In this document: piece after piece, positions 9,217 through 17,010 of the stretch
How positions within the stretch are numbered: position 1 is the first letter of the stretch
Layout: every line of letters starts with the position of its first letter
From: Chitinophagales bacterium
GTDB taxonomy: Bacteria > Bacteroidota > Bacteroidia > Chitinophagales > LD1
DNA: 64,000 bases
Direction of reading: 5' to 3'
Assembly: GCA_039811145.1 (NCBI GenBank)
Contig: JBDHYB010000005.1
Coordinates: 12,299 to 76,298 of the forward strand
The notes under the pieces: generated by a model
The model's database searches: none
What the model was told of the DNA's origin: nothing
The model's input: only the letters and a program-made list of their open reading frames with translations
Made by a program: the position numbers and the translations under genes

Positions 9217-12084
9217 TTACTTAAGCACGGTGAGGCTGCCTATGTAGTGGGAGTCGCTATGGTTATCCATCCACACCAGTTTAGCCTGGTAAACATATAC
9301 CCCGGGCATAAGGGGTTTGCCTTTGTACGGAGTTTGCATTGGGTCCCATTTAAAGTCAATATCGTTGGTTTGGTACACCATCTCCCCTATCCGGTCAAAA
9401 ACCTGTATCTCCAGTTGTTTAAGCGCTTTCAGATTGCCGAAAATCTGCCAGGTATCGTTGGCTCCATCTCCGTTAGGCGTAATAGCATTAGGGAAAAAAA
9501 CATCATAAACCGGAATAACTGTTGCCTGAAAGGTAGAAGTACCTACACAACCACTATCGTTAACTGCCGTTACCGTATAAACCTGGGAATATACCCCGTC
9601 AAAAACAGGCTCTGCACAATCGTTACAGCTAAGGCCGAACGAAGGCGTCCATTGGTAGGTAACATTCTGGCTTTGATTGGTGCTGGCTACTATTGGCATT
9701 ACATCTCCCAGTTTAACTTCAGTAGGGGACGGATTAACCGTTACCAAAACCGAATCGGGTTGTGTAACGGTAGTAAAATCAGTAATGCTACAACCATTGG
9801 CATCGGTAATTGTTACGTCGTAATCATCCGCAGCAAGGCCATAAAATATACCAATGGTGTTTACCTGCCCGTCTGATAAAGAGAAAGTATAGCCGGGTGT
9901 GGCATTCATAGCATTAACTACAATAACACCATTGCTATAGTGATAACAGCTTGGCTCATAGGCGGTAACCAAATCAGTTAACTGCGTAGGTTCAGTTACT
10001 GTTATATCGATTGTTTTGGTACAACCCATTTGATCAGCCACAAGTGTACTGTAGGTGCCTGCCAAAAGGTTGGCAAACTGCCCTGTTGTTGAATAGGTAA
10101 AATTAGTGCCATCCTGCGTTATGCTAAAGGTGTATGAAGGCGAGCCTCCGGTTGCTGAAGCGGCAATAGAACCGGAGTTTTCGCCAAAGCATAAAGCCGG
10201 GGCCGGTACTGCATTTAATACCAATACCGGCGGTTCGCTGATTGTAGCGCTAATTGACATGGCACAGTTTCCGGCATCTGTTACGGTAACATTATAGGTG
10301 CCCGCAGTTAAACCGGTACCTGTTGCACCACTGCTAACATTGGGGCTCCATGCGTAAGTAAACGATGGTGTGCCGCCGTTTACTGTTATAGTTATAGAAC
10401 CTGATGCATCACCATTGCAGGGTTCATCAACGTGTGTTTCTGAAAGTTGCATGGGTGCCGGGTCAACTAATGTATAAGTTGCAGCATTAGTGCAGTTGTG
10501 ATTATCGGTTACCGTTACCGTATATCCGCCTGATGCCAAGCCTGTAGCTGTATTGCTGTTACTCACGTTGGGGTTCCATACATAACCATAAGGGGAAGTA
10601 CCCCCTGCGGCTGTAACGGTAATAGTTCCATCGCTACCCTGGTAACAGGTTGGGTTTGTTTGGGTAGCTGTTTGACTTAGTGGAGCCGATGGTTGGCTGA
10701 TAGTTTCATTTACAGCAGCGGTGCAACCATGCGCGTCAGTTATATTACCTGCATAGGTATTAGCAACAAGGCCCGGTATGGTAGTAGTACCCGCGGGCAC
10801 GTTATTGCCTAAGTAAGAATAAGGGGCAGTGCCGCCACTAACGGTTAGCGTTAATGTTCCATCATTACCACCAAAGCAGTTTACATCAGTATGCGATGTA
10901 GTTACCGTTAAAGCCGTAGGCTCATTAATTATGTTTTGCGCAGTAGCGCTACAAGTGTTGGCATCAGTTACCGTTGCCGTGTATGTACCCGCTGTTAAGC
11001 CGTTACCGGTAAAAGTGGTTGGCCCGTTGGGCGAAATGTTACTTACCGCCGGGCTCCATGTTATAGTGTAAGGTTGCGCTGTGCCACCTGTTACACTAAC
11101 GGTTGCAGTTCCATCCGCACTGCCGTTGCAAAGCGCATCAGTTTGCGAAGCGCTAAGTTGCGGAATGGGATGTATAACAACAGGGTAAGTTTGTGTGTTG
11201 GTACAAAGCGATTGATCAGTAATTGTAAGGGTAACATTGTACGTGCCCACATTTGGGAAAGTATGCGAAGGGTTTTGGGTGTTAACAACAGGTGAGCCAT
11301 CGCCAAAATCCCAGGCGTAGCCTACTATACTGTTTAAGCCGGACTGTGATGAACTGGTGAAAGGAACGTTGGAGATACCGCAGTAAGCGTTGTTAGTGCC
11401 ACCGGTAAACTCGGCATCAATATCAAGGCAAAACTGTTGAATGTTATACTCTGCGCCGGTAGCGCCGGTCCAGCCCCAATAAACGTTGGGGTTGCCAAGA
11501 AAAATGGAATTCACTAAGCCGCCGGCAAAAGTGTAGGTAAAGCGTTGCACCCCGTCAAACGAAACAGTGATGGTATTTGTAGGTGCATCCCAAACCACAT
11601 GAAAGTCGTGCCACTGGCAATCTTCTATGTTGGCTGAAACCGCGCTTGCCTGCACCGGCGCAACAAGATTATGGGCTATGTTACCGTTACTGCCCATGCC
11701 AACATGGTCCTCAGCAGGGTCGCCGAAACCGCCATTCTGGTGGGTGTCTAACTCAATACCTATAGATTGGTTGGGGAAATTAGCAAAGCCTAAACCACCG
11801 CCGCCGGTAAAAACGCCTGTATTGGTGTTTTGCAAAATGAAACAGATACCATCTGCACCCGGGTTATCATTACAACCTAAAAACACCCTGAAATGATAAT
11901 CGAAGGAGTTGGTTAGGTTAATCTGGTTATTGTTCCAGGCTGAGCCCCCTTGCGAGGGATTGTTAGATGTTAATTGATAACACTCGCAACTAAGTTGAGT
12001 GGTATTGCCGTTAATGGTAAACTGCTGCGCAGCCACCGATAAAACAGCCGATAACAAAAACAGGTTCAGTATATATTTTTTCAT
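9217..12084 (-). CDS. cell-surface adhesin paralog: lectin-like domain + PKD + about 6 SprB repeats + T9SS type B C-terminal domain
   Basis: 955 aa with the same architecture and many colinear identical stretches to 4168-9075. The PKD motif is WDFGDGSPVVNTQNPSHTFPNVGTYNVTLTITD. The C-terminus reads FPNAITPNGDGANDTW...VFDRIGEMVYQ...GVYVYQ. Confidence 0.9.
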   Translation of the reverse strand: MKKYILNLFLLSAVLSVAAQQFTINGNTTQLSCECYQLTSNNPSQGGSAWNNNQINLTNSFDYHFRVFLGCNDNPGADGICFILQNTNTGVFTGGGGLGFANFPNQSIGIELDTHQNGGFGDPAEDHVGMGSNGNIAHNLVAPVQASAVSANIEDCQWHDFHVVWDAPTNTITVSFDGVQRFTYTFAGGLVNSIFLGNPNVYWGWTGATGAEYNIQQFCLDIDAEFTGGTNNAYCGISNVPFTSSSQSGLNSIVGYAWDFGDGSPVVNTQNPSHTFPNVGTYNVTLTITDQSLCTNTQTYPVVIHPIPQLSASQTDALCNGSADGTATVSVTGGTAQPYTITWSPAVSNISPNGPTTFTGNGLTAGTYTATVTDANTCSATAQNIINEPTALTVTTSHTDVNCFGGNDGTLTLTVSGGTAPYSYLGNNVPAGTTTIPGLVANTYAGNITDAHGCTAAVNETISQPSAPLSQTATQTNPTCYQGSDGTITVTAAGGTSPYGYVWNPNVSNSNTATGLASGGYTVTVTDNHNCTNAATYTLVDPAPMQLSETHVDEPCNGDASGSITITVNGGTPSFTYAWSPNVSSGATGTGLTAGTYNVTVTDAGNCAMSISATISEPPVLVLNAVPAPALCFGENSGSIAASATGGSPSYTFSITQDGTNFTYSTTGQFANLLAGTYSTLVADQMGCTKTIDITVTEPTQLTDLVTAYEPSCYHYSNGVIVVNAMNATPGYTFSLSDGQVNTIGIFYGLAADDYDVTITDANGCSITDFTTVTQPDSVLVTVNPSPTEVKLGDVMPIVASTNQSQNVTYQWTPSFGLSCNDCAEPVFDGVYSQVYTVTAVNDSGCVGTSTFQATVIPVYDVFFPNAITPNGDGANDTWQIFGNLKALKQLEIQVFDRIGEMVYQTNDIDFKWDPMQTPYKGKPLMPGVYVYQAKLVWMDNHSDSHYIGSLTVLK

Positions 12085-12100
12085 CGCTAATGTGAGGGCG

Positions 12101-12108
12101 CAAAAATA
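12101..12108 (-). promoter_or_regulatory. candidate Bacteroidota -7 box (TATTTTTG) for the 955-aa adhesin gene
   Basis: It matches TAnnTTTG 16 nt upstream of the ATG and is preceded by GTAAAT, as in the paralog. Confidence 0.4.
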
Positions 12109-12190
12109 CGGATTTACCCCTTAAAATGCCTTTTTCTGTATTAAGACAGCTTTTTATTAAAAAAAGTTGTGAAACAGGGCAGATAAAACT

Positions 12191-13696
12191 TTAAGAATTG
12201 TTCTTTGTCGCAAGCTGTTCATTAAACCACAGGCGCAAATTATAGTTGGTCATAAACAAGCCGGCGGTACTTTCTGTATCAATTTGCAATTCAATGGCGC
12301 CGATTATTGCATCGCATTCGTTGCGGTCTTTTTCTTCTTTAAAGTTCCATTTTGCCAGCTTGCGTAAAAATTTACCAAGCTCTTTAAAGAAAGGGTCGTT
12401 TACCGCTGTTTCCGTTATTACTTTGTACAGATTTAGCGCCTTGGTATCGGCCATGGCTAAATCACCCTGATTGTAATACATAATTACCTCCAGGGTGCGT
12501 ACAGTCAGATACAGGGTTTTGTTTGTTTTGGCACTTGGCAGGCTGTAATAGCGTTCAATCCAATAATGAGTTTTATCTAAAAATCCGCCCATTAAAAGGG
12601 CCGTAACATATTTCATTACCTGTATAGGTATTAAACCGATATTAAGGGCGCTGTTTATTACCCCATCATCGTCTACAAGTTCTCTCAATTGTTCTTCCAA
12701 GGATAGTAGGCCCTTAAAATCGCGGCGGGCATGGTATAAACTGGTGCGGGTTGAAACTACACGCAACTTTACACGGTTCTCTGCATCAGGATTTATTTTA
12801 TAAAATTCCTGCATCCCACGGGCCCATTCTTCAATTTTAACTACCAGTTCTTCTACCAGGTCAAACCTTTCAAACTTTAAAGCGCTCACTATGTAGTTGG
12901 ATAGTATAACGAAGTAATAGGTCTTTGGTGATTCGTATAAAGATGGATGTATATCAAAAAGATCCACTATAGCCTGATGGCTTTTAATTGCATTTTCTTC
13001 ATCAGCAATGTTGTAGTAATAATCAGCCAAAACTCCCAGGTAGAATGTTTTAGCACGTATTGATTTTACTTCGGCCAGCTTTCGTTCGGCTTTTTTCCGA
13101 AACCCTTCGATGGTAGCCCGGCGTAAGGGCGGATTTTCGTAGTCAAACAAATTGGCATACCTTATTACCATAGTATGAAACATGGTAGCCTCATAATATT
13201 CAATCATACCCCTCGCTCCTTCCTCCAGTTCCAAAAATTTCTGATCAAAGTAGGCAAAGAATTTTTCCTTATCCCTCTCCGCTTCAGCGTTCATAATGGA
13301 ACGTACCGTTAACTCAGCAACTGCATAGTTTAACTCGCAGTCAACCGCCAGCTTAAGTAGCTTATTGATTTCCTTACGGGCTTCGGCCTTTAAATTTTTG
13401 TTAGTTAAAAATTCAATCTCGCTAAGGGCGCTGCGCACACGGTCGGCTACATTATCATCTTCGCGGTAGTTGCGCATAGCCTTTAACACCAGGCGGCGCA
13501 GTTGCGACTTTGATGCCGTTAGGTTTTTAATACCTGTCCGCTTTTTTACCACCTCTTCATCATACTCAATCAGTTCCTCTAGTACATCATATAACTTAAG
13601 TATATCGCTATCGCTTTTAAACAGGGTAGAAAACAAGCGGAAGTAGCGTTTCTCGGCCTTATCAAGCGATTGCACAATCTGATGCAGTGGGTCCAT
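12191..13696 (-). CDS. orphan all-helical (TPR-like) cytoplasmic protein, cassette copy 1
   Basis: 501-aa ORF with no signal peptide and helix-favouring composition throughout. It is a full-length paralog of 17011-18507. It is transcribed divergently from 13843-16917. I recognise no family. Confidence 0.75.
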   Translation of the reverse strand: MDPLHQIVQSLDKAEKRYFRLFSTLFKSDSDILKLYDVLEELIEYDEEVVKKRTGIKNLTASKSQLRRLVLKAMRNYREDDNVADRVRSALSEIEFLTNKNLKAEARKEINKLLKLAVDCELNYAVAELTVRSIMNAEAERDKEKFFAYFDQKFLELEEGARGMIEYYEATMFHTMVIRYANLFDYENPPLRRATIEGFRKKAERKLAEVKSIRAKTFYLGVLADYYYNIADEENAIKSHQAIVDLFDIHPSLYESPKTYYFVILSNYIVSALKFERFDLVEELVVKIEEWARGMQEFYKINPDAENRVKLRVVSTRTSLYHARRDFKGLLSLEEQLRELVDDDGVINSALNIGLIPIQVMKYVTALLMGGFLDKTHYWIERYYSLPSAKTNKTLYLTVRTLEVIMYYNQGDLAMADTKALNLYKVITETAVNDPFFKELGKFLRKLAKWNFKEEKDRNECDAIIGAIELQIDTESTAGLFMTNYNLRLWFNEQLATKNNS

Positions 13697-13778
13697 AAGG
13701 GCGAATATAAATACAGAAACAATAAAGCCGTAACTAACTCATAATCAACAAATTGATTTTGGAAAATTCTTTTTAGAA

Positions 13779-13819
13779 AAAAATCGGATTGATGGGGTCG
13801 CCGGCTAAAGGTTCATTTG
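13779..13819 (+). promoter_or_regulatory. candidate promoter region of cassette copy 1 operon (conserved AAAAATCGGATTGATG block plus a TTnnTTTG -7-like box)
   Basis: AAAAATCGGATTGATG and TTCATTTGGGCCAACAAAAA are conserved with copy 2 (18590-18640). The TTG-to-box spacing of about 23 nt is roughly compatible with -33/-7 geometry. Confidence 0.3.
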
Positions 13820-13842
13820 GGCCAACAAAAACGTAAGCTGAT

Positions 13843-15360
13843 ATGAAAAATGTAAACAAACTTGTAATGCTGTTGGTGCTATTAACAGCGGCCCTTTTCT
13901 CAAATGCTAACAACATACGTATAGGTATTGGCGCCTACAATCCTACAACCAAAGTGTTGAGCCTTACCCTTGCCTGGGATAATAGCTGGCACGACGGCAG
14001 CGGAACCTTTCGCGATGCTGCCTGGATATTCATAAAGTATAAAGACGTAACCAATGCAGAATGGCAACATGCCATATTGAGTACACCTACAGCCATACCC
14101 ATAACTGATACCTTAAGCGGACAAGGGGTAAGGTTTGAGGCATACGGCAAAAACCCCAGCACTGCACCCGCCGGCTCCCGCGGTTGGATTATCCGCCGGG
14201 GGAAAAATGCCAGCGGTTCTTTAACTGCCCCTGCTTTTGCCGGCGTGTATAACGTTGCTATGAACGTGAATGTAACCTTACAGTTTCCTACAGGAGTAAC
14301 ATTGGTTAATCCTGAATTTCGCGCTTATGCCCTGGAAATGGTGGATATACCGGTAGGCGGTTTTTACCTTGGTGATGGTACAACAACCTCAGAATTCTCT
14401 ACAACGGTTGGAACTACCAGTGCCCCACCGGTTTACGTATCCAGTGAGGCCCTGTTGAACTGCGCCCAAACGGGAGTACCAAGTTCCGTGGCGGTAAGTT
14501 TTCCGGCGGCTTATCCTAAGGGAACTACTGAGTTTTGTCAGATGAAATATGAATTATCGCGCGAGGGTTATGCGGAGTTTCTGAATACGCTTACACGCCA
14601 GCAACAAAACTATTATGACTGGTCCGGATCGCTTTCCGGTATGTCTGATTTCGATAATCTACAATCCGCTACATTAAACCTTACGCAGGAGCGCGGAGCG
14701 GGTATTGATGTAACAGCTACTGATTTAAGTTCGCCTTTAGTATTTAGCTGCGATGCAAATAATAATAATGTACCCAACGAATTGAATGACGGGCAAAACC
14801 TACCGGTAACCTTTATTGCTCCCGAATATGGATTGGCTTATTTAGATTGGGCAGGTTTGCGCCCAATGAGCAAATTGGAATATGAAAAAAGTTGTCGCGG
14901 TCCTTTAGTGCCCGTAGCAAATGAGTATGCCTGGGGCAGTACTATAAAAACAGATCTTCAATCCTCAACTGCCGTAAACGATGCCAATGGCCCTTCGGAA
15001 TCGTACACTGCTAATTACAATGGCCCATTTATAAATGGCTTTACCCGCCGTTGCGGCATATTCGCAAAAAATACAGGCTCAAACCGCCTGAATACCGGGG
15101 GAACGTATTACGGCGCAATGGAAATGACCGGTAATGCTGCTGAAATGGTGGTGACTGATTTAAATTACACCGGAGTAAACGGCGATGGCCTGTTAAGTGC
15201 AAATGGCTACTATGATGTAACGCAATGGCCAACGAGCATGATGAGGGTGATGGTGCCGGGAAGCGTATCTGCAGTGGGTTCATCTCGTTTACTGTTTTCT
15301 TCCGGTTATTCCTCGGGTTCGCTTTCAGATGTAGGTATACGCGGAGTAATTAAATTTTAA
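13843..15360 (+). CDS. exported protein with a degenerate FGE-sulfatase (SUMF1/GldJ/GldK-like) domain, cassette copy 1
   Basis: 505 aa with a signal peptide (cleavage after SNA, no lipobox Cys). MKYELSREGYAEFLNTL, YAWGS, GTYYGAMEMTGNAAEMV and the terminal VGIRGVI correspond to the (V)TxxqYxxFl, GlyDMsGNvwEW and GFRcv landmarks of FGE-sulfatase domains. There is no C-terminal Cys pair. Confidence 0.6.
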   Translation: MKNVNKLVMLLVLLTAALFSNANNIRIGIGAYNPTTKVLSLTLAWDNSWHDGSGTFRDAAWIFIKYKDVTNAEWQHAILSTPTAIPITDTLSGQGVRFEAYGKNPSTAPAGSRGWIIRRGKNASGSLTAPAFAGVYNVAMNVNVTLQFPTGVTLVNPEFRAYALEMVDIPVGGFYLGDGTTTSEFSTTVGTTSAPPVYVSSEALLNCAQTGVPSSVAVSFPAAYPKGTTEFCQMKYELSREGYAEFLNTLTRQQQNYYDWSGSLSGMSDFDNLQSATLNLTQERGAGIDVTATDLSSPLVFSCDANNNNVPNELNDGQNLPVTFIAPEYGLAYLDWAGLRPMSKLEYEKSCRGPLVPVANEYAWGSTIKTDLQSSTAVNDANGPSESYTANYNGPFINGFTRRCGIFAKNTGSNRLNTGGTYYGAMEMTGNAAEMVVTDLNYTGVNGDGLLSANGYYDVTQWPTSMMRVMVPGSVSAVGSSRLLFSSGYSSGSLSDVGIRGVIKF

Positions 15361-15381
15361 TAATAAGCTTATACACAAGCC

Positions 15382-16917
15382 ATGAAATGGTTAAAAGCTA
15401 TAATGCTTATTTTATACATGAGCGCTGCAGTTGCGCAGTCGCCCAACTATAACGGAGGCAATGAAGATGGTACTGGTATTGGCATACTTACCGTAGGTTC
15501 CTCCTTTGCTTTATACCAGGGCGGCATCGGAAACGGCTATGCAACAGCGCAGTTAGGCCAACCAACGGTGTTCGACATGTTTAGGGGCGGTGGGGCCGAC
15601 GGCTTTGCCTGGAACGATGGCAACTCACCCTTACAGGTTAATATGTACGCGGGTCAAACAGGAGATGGTTTCGCCATAGGTGTTTTAGCGCCACCTGTAT
15701 CCTTCAACATGTACAATGGAGGAGTTAACGATGGCAATGCTGCTTTTGCATTAACTACCGGTTTCGCATGCAATATTTACAATGGCGGAAGCAATGACGG
15801 CTTTGCCTGGCATGACGGCAATTCTCCTTTACAGGTTAATATTTACAGCGGAGGAGCAAATGACGGTAACGCCCAGACTTATCAAAATGCACCTACAGCA
15901 TTTAATTACTACGCTGGTGGTAATAATGATGGTATTGGTTACGCACGCTTAACCCCCGCCGGTACGTTCAATTTTTACGCGGGTGGTATAAAGGATGGCT
16001 TCGCCCGTGGGCGCTTACAGCCATGCTTCTCCATTACGGGTGTTAGCGCCAACTTTACATCTATTACTGCAACTACAACCAACTTTAACTGGACGACCGT
16101 AAACGAAGGCGCTGAATATTCTGTTAAGGTTTACGTTTCAGGTAACCCTACGGTGCTACAAAACAACACCGGTTTAACCTCTGCAGGTTTAAACACCGTG
16201 CCTTTAAACGCTTTAACGCCAAACACTAGTTATTGTGTTACAGTTGAAGAACAATGTGACGCTGCACACAGCTCGGGCGTTTCATCACAGTTTTGTTTTA
16301 CAACAGCAACTGGTAGCACCTGTGCTATGCCAAGCAACCAGGGCATTTGGTTTACCAGCGGGCAGTATTTAATGGTAAAATGGCTATCACCTTTGTATGG
16401 CAATAGTTCAAAGAGTTATGAGATTGCGGGAGGGTTGAATATAACTTCTCCAAACCAGGCTACTACAAGAGAAGTTAATGGATACTACATTTCGCAAACG
16501 CCGGCTTATCCGTCTTATCCATTCTTTACGGGTAATGTGCCCGGTTTTACCTGGTATGTGCGTGATATTTGTAACCCGGGTGACACCAGTGCATGGCTGG
16601 GGCCTTATATAGTAGGTGCATCAAAAACCGATGGGTCAGAAACTACTGCCATTACTGAAGATGAAGAACAAAATTCTTCTGCTACGCTCGTTGTTTATCC
16701 TAACCCCAATGCCGTTGGTCGCTTATTTATAAAAGCCATGGACATTAGCGATAACACTACATTGCTTATTTACACAGCGCAGGGCCAATTAGCGCTGCAA
16801 ACAACGATAGTTAACAAAACGGTAGATGTAAGCGCATTGAGCAATGGTATTTATATGCTTCGCATTGAAACACCTGCTTACAACACTCAATTGAAGAAAC
16901 TGGTAATACAACATTAG
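15382..16917 (+). CDS. T9SS type A cargo: nine 22-residue YxGGxxDG[FY]A repeats + Cys-bracketed FN3-like modules + Por secretion tail, cassette copy 1
   Basis: 511 aa with a signal peptide. Aromatic residues fall at 23, 45, 67, 89, 111, 133, 155, 177 and 199, an exact period of 22. The C-terminus reads VVYPNPNAVGRLFIKAMD...NGIYMLRIETPAYNTQLKKLVIQH. The gene starts 21 nt after the upstream gene. Confidence 0.8.
   Translation: MKWLKAIMLILYMSAAVAQSPNYNGGNEDGTGIGILTVGSSFALYQGGIGNGYATAQLGQPTVFDMFRGGGADGFAWNDGNSPLQVNMYAGQTGDGFAIGVLAPPVSFNMYNGGVNDGNAAFALTTGFACNIYNGGSNDGFAWHDGNSPLQVNIYSGGANDGNAQTYQNAPTAFNYYAGGNNDGIGYARLTPAGTFNFYAGGIKDGFARGRLQPCFSITGVSANFTSITATTTNFNWTTVNEGAEYSVKVYVSGNPTVLQNNTGLTSAGLNTVPLNALTPNTSYCVTVEEQCDAAHSSGVSSQFCFTTATGSTCAMPSNQGIWFTSGQYLMVKWLSPLYGNSSKSYEIAGGLNITSPNQATTREVNGYYISQTPAYPSYPFFTGNVPGFTWYVRDICNPGDTSAWLGPYIVGASKTDGSETTAITEDEEQNSSATLVVYPNPNAVGRLFIKAMDISDNTTLLIYTAQGQLALQTTIVNKTVDVSALSNGIYMLRIETPAYNTQLKKLVIQH
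15442..16026 (+). repeat. coding array of nine 22-residue (66-nt) YxGGxxDG[FY]A repeats
   Basis: I counted residue positions directly. Repeats 3 and 6 are near identical at protein level (GGGADGFAWNDGNSPLQVNMY versus GGSNDGFAWHDGNSPLQVNIY). Confidence 0.85.
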
Positions 16918-16986
16918 GACTTTTAAATCAGCTACGTTTTAGCTAATCCCGCTTAGCGCTTTTTAAGCGCGGCGGGATTTTTGTTT
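16546..16986 (+). repeat. near-identical 441-bp tract (copy A), covering the cargo C-terminal domain and its terminator
   Basis: Manual alignment to 21741-22180 gives 6 substitutions plus a 1-nt difference in the terminator loop. Similarity drops abruptly upstream of the tract. Confidence 0.9.
16945..16986 (+). terminator. rho-independent terminator of cassette copy 1
   Basis: An AATCCCGC / GCGGGATT outer stem encloses a GCGCTT / AAGCGC inner stem and is followed by TTTTTGTTT. Confidence 0.75.
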
Positions 16987-17010
16987 ATTATTAAACGTAA
17001 CATAGCAGAA

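Noticed and set aside
9202-9876. 224-aa plus-strand ORF, plus many 60-110-aa ORFs on the plus strand inside the two adhesin genes (for example 4210-4530, 10829-11071 and 11627-11896).
   Set aside because: All lie antisense within long, motif-rich minus-strand CDS. Their compositions (Val/Pro/Ala or Ile/Asn runs) mirror the Gly/Thr/Asn-rich sense frame. They are shadow ORFs.
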